NCBI GenBank assembly: GCA_963826115.1
Contig: CAWGVS010000010.1
Coordinates: 320,001 to 384,000, forward strand
DNA from: an uncultured Candidatus Rokubacteria bacterium
Lineage (GTDB): Bacteria > Methylomirabilota > Methylomirabilia > Rokubacteriales > DASRDR01
Direction: 5' to 3'
DNA length: 64,000 nt
Position 1 is the stretch's first letter; every line of letters begins with the position of its first letter. This document shows, piece after piece, positions 1 to 8,745 of the stretch. The position numbers and the translations under genes were made by a program. The notes under the pieces were generated by a model. That model was not told the DNA's origin, searched no databases, and worked only from the letters and a program-made list of their open reading frames with translations.

Positions 1-774
1 TTCGACCGCCTGCAGAAGAGCGCGAACGCGCGCCCGGTGGTCGCCAAGCCCTACTACTGGCTCATCGCGGTCCTCAACAAGAAAGAGGGCCTGATGACGA
101 ACCAGAAGCTGCGCCAGGCCTGGCAGGCGGCCGTCGACATCGAGCCGATCATGAAGGCGGTCGCGGGGGGCCGGTCCGAGTTCTACCGGATGGACGCGAG
201 CCTGGCCTTCGTCGAGAACACGCCGTGGTGGGTGAAACAGCAGACGAGCTGGGGCTGGAACGAGCACGACAAGGAGAAGGCGAAGCGGCTCATGCAAGAG
301 GCCGGCTACAAGGGCGAACCGGTCCGGTTCGTCACGACTCAGGAGTACAAGTGGATGTACGACTTCGCGCTCCTGACGAAGCAGCAGCTGGAGGACGTCG
401 GGTTCAACATCGACCTCCAGGTGGTCGATTGGGCGACGCTGGTGAAGCGCCGGAACAATCCGAAGGAGTACGAGGCGTTCACGACCGGGACCGGCAACAT
501 CTTCGAGCCGACCGCTTTCACGGTGCTGTCGTGCACGTGGCCGGGCTGGACCTGCGACGAGCAGATTCAGACCCTCAACCAGGAGCTGGCGCGGGAGACT
601 GACCAGAAGAAGCGATTCGCCCTGTGGGAGCAGATGCACAAGCTCTGGTACGAGAAGGTGCCGTCGATCCGATACGGCGACCTCCACGGGCTGAGGGCGG
701 CAGCGAAGAAGCTGCAGGGCTTCAACGAGAAGACGGAACGCCCGCGGTTCCACAACGTCTGGCTGGAACGGTAG
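1..774 (+). CDS. Peptide/nickel ABC transporter substrate-binding protein (SBP family 5), 5'-truncated by window edge
   Basis: Frame open from base 1 (FDRLQKSANARPVVAK...). Has AKRLMQEAGY and QLEDVGFNIDLQVVDW motifs and a C-terminal NVWLER. Close paralogue of the next gene. Confidence 0.93.
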   Translation, partial: FDRLQKSANARPVVAKPYYWLIAVLNKKEGLMTNQKLRQAWQAAVDIEPIMKAVAGGRSEFYRMDASLAFVENTPWWVKQQTSWGWNEHDKEKAKRLMQEAGYKGEPVRFVTTQEYKWMYDFALLTKQQLEDVGFNIDLQVVDWATLVKRRNNPKEYEAFTTGTGNIFEPTAFTVLSCTWPGWTCDEQIQTLNQELARETDQKKRFALWEQMHKLWYEKVPSIRYGDLHGLRAAAKKLQGFNEKTERPRFHNVWLER

Positions 775-920
775 TGCCGCCGACCGTCGACCCTCTTGAC
801 GGTGGGGACAGGGCGCCGGACCATGAAACGCCCGCCGCAGGGCGGCCCAGGCCGCCGGCGTCGCGGGCGCGGTTCCGCCGGACACTTCTGACCATTGACC
901 ATTCCAGGGGGAGGTGGCGC

Positions 921-2507
921 ATGACAGGACGGACCTACCGGTATCTCGCCGCGGGCGCGGTCCTCACGGCGATTGCGGCATTCGGGCTGATCGTCGGCGG
1001 GGTCGGGGATGTGCACGCGCAGAAGAAGGGTGGCGTCCTGCGGGTCGGCAACCTGGGCGAGCCGCCCACGCTCGACGCGCACTGGACGACGGCCAGCATC
1101 ACGGAGACCCTGACGAACCACATCTACGAGGGCCTCCTCACCCTGGACGACGAGAACAAGCCCATCCCGATGCTGGCGGAGGCCATGCCCGCCGTGTCGC
1201 CGGACGGGCTCACGTACACCTTCAAGCTCCGCCGCGGCATCAAGTTCCACAACGGCAAGGAGATGACGTCGGAGGACGTGGTCGCCTCGCTCACGCGGTG
1301 GAGCAAGCAGTCGATCTATGGGAAGGACCTGTTCAACTACGTGACGGAGGGCGGCCTCCGGGCCCTCGACAAGTACACCGTCGAGCTGAAGCTGAAGGAG
1401 AAGGTGGCGATCGTCCAGATCAACCTGGCGGTGGCCAACAACTTCGCCGCGATCTACCCGAAGGAGGTCGCCGAGAAGTTCCAGCCGACCGAGAAGGCCA
1501 CGGAGTACGTCGGCACCGGGCCCTTCAAGCTCGTCGAGTGGAAGCCCGACCAGTACATCAAGATGGTCCGCTTCGACGACTACAAGCCCCGCAGCGAGAA
1601 GCCCAACGGCTACGGCGGCGCCAAGATCGTGTACGTGGACGAGGTCCGCTGGATCCCGGTGCCGGACGTCGCGACCCGCGTCGCCCAGATGGAGACGGGC
1701 GAGCTCGAGCTGGCCGACGACCTGAACGCCGACGCGTACGACCGCCTGAAGGCGAGCGCCAACGCGCGTCCGATCATCTCGAAGCTGTACTACTGGCTCG
1801 TCGCGGTCCTCAACAAGAAAGAGGGCCTCATGACGAACCAGAAGCTCCGCCAGGCCTGGCAGGCGGCGCTCGACATCGAGCCCATCATGAAGACGGTGGC
1901 CGCGGGACGGTCAGAGTTCTACCGGATGGACTACAACCTGATCCATCAGGAGATGGGCGCCTGGCACGTGAAGATGCAGGGCCTGCCGTGGAACGAGCAC
2001 AACAAGGAGAAGGCGAAGAAGCTCCTCCAGGAGGCCGGCTACAAGGGCGAGCCCATCCGGTTCATGACGACCCAGGAGTACAAGTGGATGTACGACTTCG
2101 CCCTCGTCTCGAAGCAGCAGCTCGAGGACGCGGGGTTCAACATCGACCTCCAGGTGGTCGACTGGGCGACCCTCGTGAAGCGCCGCAACAACCCGAAGGA
2201 GTACGACGTCTTCACGACCGGCATCGGACCGCAGTACGACCCGACGAACTCCAACGTGCTGAGCTGCAGCTGGCCGGGCTGGACGTGCGACGAGCAGATC
2301 CAGACGATCAAGACCGCGATGATCCGCGAGACCGACTACAAGAAGCGGTTCGCGCTGTGGGAGCAGATGCACAAGGCCTTCTACGAGAAGGTTCCGGTCA
2401 TCCGCTACGGCGACCTCTTCGGTTTGCGAGCGGCCTCGAAGAAGCTCCAGGGTCTGAACGAGAAGACCGAGCGGGTGCGCCTCTGGAACGTCTGGCTGGA
2501 CAAGTAA
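921..2507 (+). CDS. Peptide/nickel ABC transporter substrate-binding protein (SBP family 5, DppA-like)
   Basis: GGAGGT SD before ATG 921. Signal peptide ends VHA-Q. Motifs KKGGVLRVG, PPTLDAH, TYTFKLRRGIKFHNG, VGTGPFKL. Confidence 0.95.
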   Translation: MTGRTYRYLAAGAVLTAIAAFGLIVGGVGDVHAQKKGGVLRVGNLGEPPTLDAHWTTASITETLTNHIYEGLLTLDDENKPIPMLAEAMPAVSPDGLTYTFKLRRGIKFHNGKEMTSEDVVASLTRWSKQSIYGKDLFNYVTEGGLRALDKYTVELKLKEKVAIVQINLAVANNFAAIYPKEVAEKFQPTEKATEYVGTGPFKLVEWKPDQYIKMVRFDDYKPRSEKPNGYGGAKIVYVDEVRWIPVPDVATRVAQMETGELELADDLNADAYDRLKASANARPIISKLYYWLVAVLNKKEGLMTNQKLRQAWQAALDIEPIMKTVAAGRSEFYRMDYNLIHQEMGAWHVKMQGLPWNEHNKEKAKKLLQEAGYKGEPIRFMTTQEYKWMYDFALVSKQQLEDAGFNIDLQVVDWATLVKRRNNPKEYDVFTTGIGPQYDPTNSNVLSCSWPGWTCDEQIQTIKTAMIRETDYKKRFALWEQMHKAFYEKVPVIRYGDLFGLRAASKKLQGLNEKTERVRLWNVWLDK

Positions 2508-2529
2508 CGCGCGGGTGACCGCGTGACCC

Positions 2530-2560
2530 GGCGGGGGCCGTCCCAGCGGCGGCCCCCGCC
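2530..2560 (+). terminator. 11-bp GC hairpin between SBP and permease (terminator/mRNA stabiliser)
   Basis: GGCGGGGGCCG (2530-2540) and CGGCCCCCGCC (2550-2560) form a perfect inverted repeat right after the SBP stop. No strong U tract. Confidence 0.55.
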
Positions 2561-2569
2561 GTCTTGGTC

Positions 2570-3514
2570 ATGACCGCATACCTCATACGCCGCCTCCTGG
2601 CTGTGATCCCGGTGATGGCCGTGGTCGTCACCGTGGTCTTCCTGCTGATCCACCTCATCCCCGGCGACCCGGTCGGGGTGATGCTCGGCCCCGACGCCAC
2701 GCCGGCGCAGATCGACCAGACGCGCGCCGCGCTCGGCCTCGACCGGCCCCTCCTCGAGCAGCTCCTCCTGTTCTACAAGCGCATCCTGCGCGGCGACCTC
2801 GGCCGCTCCTACTTTCTCGACCGGCCGGTCACCCAGGCGCTGTGGGAGCGCGCGGAGCCGACGCTGGTCCTGACCACCACCTCGCTCCTGGTGGCGCTCC
2901 TGATCGGCGTGCCGTCCGGTATCGTGGCCGGGGCCCACCAGGGCTCGTGGTGGGACCGGCTGCTCATGCTGGGCGCCCTCCTGGGCGTCTGTATCCCGGG
3001 CTTCTGGCTGAGCCTCAACTTCATCTACCTCTTCGCCGTCAGGCTCGGCTGGCTGCCGGCCGCGGGATACGCGTCGATCTTGACGGACCCGTGGACGGCG
3101 CTCCGCTACATGGTCCTGCCGGCGGTGTCGCTCGGGTTCAACCAGTCGGCGCTGATCGCGCGCATCGCGCGCTCCTGCATGGTCGAGGTGCTCCAGCAGG
3201 ACTACATCCGCACCGCCCGGGCGAAGGGGCTCTCGCATTACGTCGTGGCCTACGTGCACGGCTTTCGCAACGCCCTCGTGCCGGTCGTGACGGTGGTCGG
3301 CGTGACGATCGCGATCCTGGTCGGCGGGGCGGTCGTCACCGAGATCGTGTTCAACATCCCCGGGATGGGCCGCCTGATCATCTCGGCGATCCTCCGGCGG
3401 GACTACCCGGTGGTGCAGGGGGTCGTCCTCGTGACGGCGGCGTCCTACGTCCTCATCAACCTCGCGGTCGACATGGTCTACGCCTTCATCGACCCGCGGA
3501 TCCGCTACGACTAG
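2570..3514 (+). CDS. Peptide ABC transporter permease (DppB/OppB-like)
   Basis: YLIRRLL, LIPGDP, LGLDRP, GDLGRS, DYIRTARAKGL, RRDYPVVQG, IDPRIRY motifs. Confidence 0.95.
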   Translation: MTAYLIRRLLAVIPVMAVVVTVVFLLIHLIPGDPVGVMLGPDATPAQIDQTRAALGLDRPLLEQLLLFYKRILRGDLGRSYFLDRPVTQALWERAEPTLVLTTTSLLVALLIGVPSGIVAGAHQGSWWDRLLMLGALLGVCIPGFWLSLNFIYLFAVRLGWLPAAGYASILTDPWTALRYMVLPAVSLGFNQSALIARIARSCMVEVLQQDYIRTARAKGLSHYVVAYVHGFRNALVPVVTVVGVTIAILVGGAVVTEIVFNIPGMGRLIISAILRRDYPVVQGVVLVTAASYVLINLAVDMVYAFIDPRIRYD

Positions 3515-3515
3515 C

Positions 3516-4448
3516 GTGACGCCGACGATCCATGCCGTGACCGACGAGGTGGCGGCGGGGGCGGTCGCCGCGTCCGCGCCGGAGGCCACCACCCCGCGCA
3601 TCCGCTGGTACCGGCGGCTGCTCCGCAACCGGAGCGCCGTTGGCGGCGCGGCGATCCTCCTGGTGTTCCTCCTGATGGCGATCTTCGCCAGCCAGATCTC
3701 GACCCACGTGCCCACGCGCCTGAATCCCCCGCAGCGGCTGAAACCGCCGAGCGCCGCGAACTTCCTTGGGACGGACGAGTTCGGTCGCGACGTCTACAGC
3801 CTGGTGGTTCACGGGAGCCGCGTGTCGCTCCTGGTCGGCGGCGTGACCATGCTGTTCACGTCCGTGGCCGGGACGCTGATCGGGCTCGTCGCCGGCTACT
3901 ACCGGCGCCTCGACCTGGTCGTCATGCGGTTCATGGACGGGCTCATGGCCTTCCCCGCCATCATCCTGGCCATCGCCTTCATGGCGGCGCGGGGACCGGG
4001 GGTCTGGAACGTCATCCTGGCCCTGTCGCTCGTGTACATGCCGCGGACGGCGCTCCTGGTCCGGAGCACGGTGCTGAGCCTCCGGGAGCTCGACTACGTC
4101 GCCGCCGCCCGGGCGCTGGGCCGGGCCGATTTCTCGGTCGCCGTCCGGCACATCCTGCCGAACTGCCTGGCGCCGCTCCTGGTCCAGGGGACGTTCATCT
4201 TCGCCTACGCCGTGCTCGCCGAGGCGATCCTCGGGTTCCTCGGCGTCGGCGTGCCGCCGTACGTGCCCTCGTGGGGCAACGTCATCGCCAGCGGCAAGAA
4301 CGTCATTCGCGAGGCGTTCTGGGTCAGCCTCTTTCCCGGCATCACCTTGACAGTGGCCGGTCTCAGCCTGAACCTCTTGGGCGACGGCCTCCGCGACACC
4401 CTCGACCCCCGCCTCCGCGGGTCGGTCGGCACCGGTACAGGGAGATAA
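3516..4448 (+). CDS. Peptide ABC transporter permease (DppC/OppC-like)
   Basis: [51 protein letters not shown] motifs. Confidence 0.95.
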   Translation: MTPTIHAVTDEVAAGAVAASAPEATTPRIRWYRRLLRNRSAVGGAAILLVFLLMAIFASQISTHVPTRLNPPQRLKPPSAANFLGTDEFGRDVYSLVVHGSRVSLLVGGVTMLFTSVAGTLIGLVAGYYRRLDLVVMRFMDGLMAFPAIILAIAFMAARGPGVWNVILALSLVYMPRTALLVRSTVLSLRELDYVAAARALGRADFSVAVRHILPNCLAPLLVQGTFIFAYAVLAEAILGFLGVGVPPYVPSWGNVIASGKNVIREAFWVSLFPGITLTVAGLSLNLLGDGLRDTLDPRLRGSVGTGTGR

Positions 4449-4453
4449 GGCGC

Positions 4454-5221
4454 ATGAAGCTCTTCGATCTGACGGGCAAGGTCGCGATCGTCACCGGCGG
4501 CAACGGTGGCATCGGGCTCGGCATGGCGCGGGGCCTCGCCCAGGCAGGCGCGGCGGTGGCCGTCGCCGGCCGGCAGGCCGGCAAGAGCGCCACGGCCGTG
4601 AAGGAGCTCGAAGCGCTCGGCGCCCGCGCGATGGCCGTCGAGGTGGACGTCCGGAAGGAGGCCTCGTGCCGGGCGATGGTCCAGGCCGTCGTCGACCGCT
4701 ACGGCCGGCTCGACATCCTGGTGAACAACGCCGGCACCAACATCCGGAAGCGGCCCGAGGAGTACACGCTGGACGAGTGGCACACGGTCCTGGACACGAA
4801 CCTCACGAGCGCGTTCATGTGCTCTCACGCGGCGTACCCCCATTTGGTCCGCGCCGGCGGGGGGAAGATCATCAACATCGGCTCGATGATGTCGATCTTC
4901 GGCGCGCCGTTCACCACCCCCTACGCGGCGAGCAAGGGCGGCATCGTCCAGATGACCAAGGCGATGGCGACGGCGTGGGCGCGCGAGAACATCCAGGTGA
5001 ACTCGGTCCTGCCGGGCTGGATCGACACCGATCTCACGCGGAAGGCCCGCGAGCAGGTCGCGGGGCTCCACGACAAGGTGGTCGCGCGCACGCCCGCCGG
5101 GCGCTGGGGCTCCCCCGAGGACCACGCCGGGATCGCCGTGTTCCTCGCGAGCGCGGCGTCCGACTTCGTGACGGGGACGGCGATCCCCGTGGACGGGGGC
5201 TACTCGGTCCAGGGCGTGTGA
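4454..5221 (+). CDS. Classical SDR oxidoreductase, KduD/gluconate dehydrogenase-like
   Basis: TGGNGGIG, NNAG, YAASK catalytic motif, RTPAGRWG, DFVTGTAIPVDGGY. SD GGAG before ATG 4454. Confidence 0.88.
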   Translation: MKLFDLTGKVAIVTGGNGGIGLGMARGLAQAGAAVAVAGRQAGKSATAVKELEALGARAMAVEVDVRKEASCRAMVQAVVDRYGRLDILVNNAGTNIRKRPEEYTLDEWHTVLDTNLTSAFMCSHAAYPHLVRAGGGKIINIGSMMSIFGAPFTTPYAASKGGIVQMTKAMATAWARENIQVNSVLPGWIDTDLTRKAREQVAGLHDKVVARTPAGRWGSPEDHAGIAVFLASAASDFVTGTAIPVDGGYSVQGV

Positions 5222-5715
5222 CGGACGCGGCGCGCGGGAGGCCGGTCCGAGCGCGCCGGCTCGCGCCGGGCGCGGCGCTCGCGCTGGTCCTCCTGGCCGT
5301 CGCGGGGCCCGTCGGCGGGCAGGGCGGTGACCTGCGGGCGGAGATGACGCGCACCGTGCTGGACCAGCTCGCGGCGTTCCGCCGGGACGACTGGCCCGCG
5401 GCGTACGCCTACGCATCCGCGACGATCCAGGCCCAATTTCCTCTCGAGGCGTTCCGTCAGATGGTGACGGGCGGTTACGCGCCGATCGCACACTCCGCGC
5501 GGGCCACGGTGTCGCGCGTCGAGGTGGTGGACGCCCTTCACGGGCTCGTGGAGGTCCAGGTCGAGGGCGCGAACGGCGAGACCGTGGACGCGCTCTACGA
5601 GCTCGTCGACGAGCAGGGTCAGTGGCGGGTCAACGGGGTCCTGACGCGGCCGGTGGAGGGGGCGACCGCGCGGGCGCCGGCCCCGGCGATCCCGCGCCCC
5701 GTCGCGGCTGGGTGA
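5218..5715 (+). CDS. Exported DUF4864-like protein
   Basis: GTG overlaps the SDR stop (GTGA). Signal peptide, then QLAAFRRDDWPAAYAYAS..IQ..F...AFRQMV..GY, ending in WRVNGV. Confidence 0.75.
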   Translation: MTDAARGRPVRARRLAPGAALALVLLAVAGPVGGQGGDLRAEMTRTVLDQLAAFRRDDWPAAYAYASATIQAQFPLEAFRQMVTGGYAPIAHSARATVSRVEVVDALHGLVEVQVEGANGETVDALYELVDEQGQWRVNGVLTRPVEGATARAPAPAIPRPVAAG

Positions 5716-6887
5716 GCTCCCCGGCCGCCGGTACGGCCCGCGCCCTCGCCCCGCTCCCTCTCCTCACGGCCCTCGCGTTCCTGGTCCAGGTCGATGTCCG
5801 GATGATGACGCCGCTCCTGCCGGCCATCGCCCAGTCCCTCGGGACCAGCGTGACGGCGATGGGGCTCGCGATGACGCTCTACATGCTGCCGTACGGGCTC
5901 TTGCAGTTCGTCTACGGCCCCCTGGGCGACCGGCTCGGGGCGATCCGGGTGGTGCGGGTCGCGGCGATCGGCTTCGGCGTGGGGACCCTCCTCACCGGCC
6001 AGGCGCACCACATCCTCTGGCTCGACGCGACGCGGTTCGTCACCGGGGTTTTCGCGGCGGCGGTGGTCCCGCTCACGTTCGCGTACATCGGCGCGACGGT
6101 GCCGTACGCGGAGCGCCAGGCCACCCTCGGGCGCTTCGCCGCCGTCACGTCGCTGGCCCAGAGCCTCTCGGCGGCCATCGGGGGCACGGTGGCCCACTTC
6201 GTCTCCTGGCGGGTCCTGTACATCGGCGTGGGGTGCCTGACCCTCGTGCCCGCCCTCGCGCTGTTCCTCTTGGCGAGCCCGGCGTCCGATGCCGACGCGC
6301 CCCGACGCCTCCAGTTCGGGCTCGTCCTCCGCCGGCGCGCCGCGCGCATCCTCTACGGGATCGTCGGCTTCGAGGGCCTGTTCCTCTGGGGTGGCTTCAC
6401 GTACCTCGGGGCGGTCGCGGTAGCCCGGTTCGGTCTGAACGAGCTCGAGGTGGGCCTGCTGCTCGCGTCCTACGGGGTCGCGACGCTGATCGGCGGGATG
6501 TCCCTGGTCCGGGTCCGCGCCCGCGTGCCCGAGCGCCACCTCGCGGCGTTCGGCGGCGCGCTCAAGGGTGGCGGGTACCTCCTGATGAGCGTCAGCGGGT
6601 CGCTCGCTGCCTTCACGCTCGCCCTCCTGATGCTGGGGTTCGGGTACATCGCCCTCCACACGACGCTCCAGACCCGCGCGACCGAGCTGGCGCCGGAGGC
6701 GCGCGGGACCGCGGTCGCGCTGTTCGCGTTCTTCCTGTTCATCGGGGGCGCGCTCGGGTCCGCGCTGTTCGGCCCACTGGTGGACCACGGCTGGCACCGG
6801 CTCTTCCTCGCGATCTGCGGGGTGAGCCTGCTCGTGCTGGGAATCTTCGCCGTCCGGCTCCTCGGCGCCGCGCCCGACGCCGCCTGA
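5712..6887 (+). CDS. MFS transporter
   Basis: About 12 hydrophobic segments. Motif A GPLGDRLG. C-half APEARGTAVALF. GTG start coupled to the upstream stop. Confidence 0.9.
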   Translation: MSSPAAGTARALAPLPLLTALAFLVQVDVRMMTPLLPAIAQSLGTSVTAMGLAMTLYMLPYGLLQFVYGPLGDRLGAIRVVRVAAIGFGVGTLLTGQAHHILWLDATRFVTGVFAAAVVPLTFAYIGATVPYAERQATLGRFAAVTSLAQSLSAAIGGTVAHFVSWRVLYIGVGCLTLVPALALFLLASPASDADAPRRLQFGLVLRRRAARILYGIVGFEGLFLWGGFTYLGAVAVARFGLNELEVGLLLASYGVATLIGGMSLVRVRARVPERHLAAFGGALKGGGYLLMSVSGSLAAFTLALLMLGFGYIALHTTLQTRATELAPEARGTAVALFAFFLFIGGALGSALFGPLVDHGWHRLFLAICGVSLLVLGIFAVRLLGAAPDAA

Positions 6888-6912
6888 CTCCCGGTCCGTC
6901 CGGGACCTGGCC

Positions 6913-8658
6913 TCAGGCGCCCGTGCGTCCGGCGCTCCCCGCGCGCGTGACCAGAAAGTCGAAGTCGCAGCCCTCGGGCGCCTGGAGGACCCGCTCGCCG
7001 AACAGGCGCCGGTAGCCCCGAGCCGGCAACGCATCCGGCGCCCGCCAGGCCGCGCGGCGGCGGGCCAGCTCCACGTCGGGCACCAGGAGGTCGAGGCGCC
7101 GCGCCTCGGTGTCGAGCACGATCTCGTCCCCGTCCCGCACGAGGGCCAGGGGGCCGCCGACCGCCGCCTCGGGGGCGACGTGGAGGACGACGGTGCCCCC
7201 GGCGGTCCCGCTCATGCGCGCGTCGGAGACCCGCACCATGTCCCGGACGCCCGCCGCGAGGAGCTTCCGCGGGATCGGCAGCGATCCCGCCTCCGGCATC
7301 CCGGGACCGCCCACGGGCCCGGCGTTCTGCAGCACGAGGACGCTCTCCGGCGTGACGGGCAGCGCCGGATCGTCGACCCGGGCCGCGAGGTCGCGGAGAT
7401 CGCGGAACACGCAGGCGGGCCCGCGGTGACGGAGGAGGGCCGGCGTGGCGGCGGAGACCTTCAGCACGGCGCCGTCGGGCGCGAGGCTCCCGCGCAGGAT
7501 CGCGAGGCCGCCCTCCGCCTTGAACGGCCGGTCGAGCGTCGTGACCACGTCCTGCCACGCGCCGGGCGCGACGACCTCGTCGAGGAGCGCGCCGAGCGCC
7601 CGCCCCGTCACCGTCGGCGCGTCCAGGTGGAGAAGGGGCGCCAGGGCCTTCATCACTGCCGGGATGCCACCCGCCTCCGCGAGGTCCTCCATGTGGTACT
7701 TCCCCGACGGCCGGACGCTCGCGACCATCGGGGTGGTGCGGGCGAACCGGTCGAAGTCGTCGAGGTCGAGGGGGATCCCGGCGCGCCCGGCGATCGCCGG
7801 CAGGTGGACAACCGCGTTCGTCGAGCCGCCCACCGCCATGAGGACGCGGACGGCGTTCTCGAACGCCGCGCGCGTCAGGATCCGGGAGGGCCGGAGGTCC
7901 TCCTTGGCCATCTCGACGATCCGCCGGCCCGCCGCCTCCGCGAGCCGGAGGCGGCGCGAGAGCGGCGCGGGGATGGCGGCCATGCCCGGGAGGGTCATCC
8001 CGAGGGCCTCGGTCATCGCGGCCATCGTGCTCGCGGTCCCCATGACCATGCACGTGCCGGTCGAGGGGAAGAGCTCGCCCTGGATCGCCTCCATGCGAAG
8101 GGCGTCGATCTCTCCGGCTCGGTGCTCCGTCCAGAGCCCGCGACAGTCGGTGCAGGCGCCGAGGCGCATCCCCTCGTAGCGCCCGGTGAGCATGGGGCCG
8201 GCGGTGACGACGATCGCCGGCCGGTCCGCGCTCGCCGCGCCCATCAGCTGCGCGGGCAGCGTCTTGTCGCAGCCGCCCAGGAGGACGACGCCGTCCATCG
8301 GCTGGCCGAGGATCATCTCCTCGGTGTCCATTGCCATGAGGTTTCGGAAGAGCATGCTCGTCGGCGAGAGGAAGATCTCGCCGAGCGAGATCGTCGGGAA
8401 CTCGAGGGGGAGGCCGCCCGCCTGCCACACGCCGCGCTTGACCGCCTCGGCGACCTCGCGCAGGTGGCGGTGGCACGGGTTGAACTCGCTCCACGTCTGG
8501 GCGAGGCCGATGACGGGGCGCGACAGGTCCTCGCTGGTCAGCCCCGCCCCGCGGGCGAAGGCCCCTCGCACGAACATGCTGAACTCGGGATCGCCGTAGT
8601 TCGTGAGACCGCGGCGGACTCCGGTCGGTGAAGCGGGCTCTCGGACGTCGTCAGCCAT
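6913..8658 (-). CDS. IlvD/Edd family dehydratase (dihydroxy-acid / sugar-acid dehydratase clade)
   Basis: FNPCH, GGCDKT and GTCMVMGTASTM Fe-S cysteines, GGSTNA, SDARMSGT, LHVAPEAAVGGPLA. SD GGAAGGAG before ATG 8658. Confidence 0.92.
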   Translation of the reverse strand: MADDVREPASPTGVRRGLTNYGDPEFSMFVRGAFARGAGLTSEDLSRPVIGLAQTWSEFNPCHRHLREVAEAVKRGVWQAGGLPLEFPTISLGEIFLSPTSMLFRNLMAMDTEEMILGQPMDGVVLLGGCDKTLPAQLMGAASADRPAIVVTAGPMLTGRYEGMRLGACTDCRGLWTEHRAGEIDALRMEAIQGELFPSTGTCMVMGTASTMAAMTEALGMTLPGMAAIPAPLSRRLRLAEAAGRRIVEMAKEDLRPSRILTRAAFENAVRVLMAVGGSTNAVVHLPAIAGRAGIPLDLDDFDRFARTTPMVASVRPSGKYHMEDLAEAGGIPAVMKALAPLLHLDAPTVTGRALGALLDEVVAPGAWQDVVTTLDRPFKAEGGLAILRGSLAPDGAVLKVSAATPALLRHRGPACVFRDLRDLAARVDDPALPVTPESVLVLQNAGPVGGPGMPEAGSLPIPRKLLAAGVRDMVRVSDARMSGTAGGTVVLHVAPEAAVGGPLALVRDGDEIVLDTEARRLDLLVPDVELARRRAAWRAPDALPARGYRRLFGERVLQAPEGCDFDFLVTRAGSAGRTGA

Positions 8659-8745
8659 GGGCGCGGCTCCTTCCTCTCGATCGGCTGGTCGTGCGCGGTG
8701 GCGGTGCGGCGATGATACCGCCGCCCGGGGTATGATGAGCGGGCC

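Noticed and set aside
889-903. TGACCAT-TGACCAT tandem repeat before the second SBP
   Set aside because: Only two short units with no second occurrence noticed; not enough to call a binding site.
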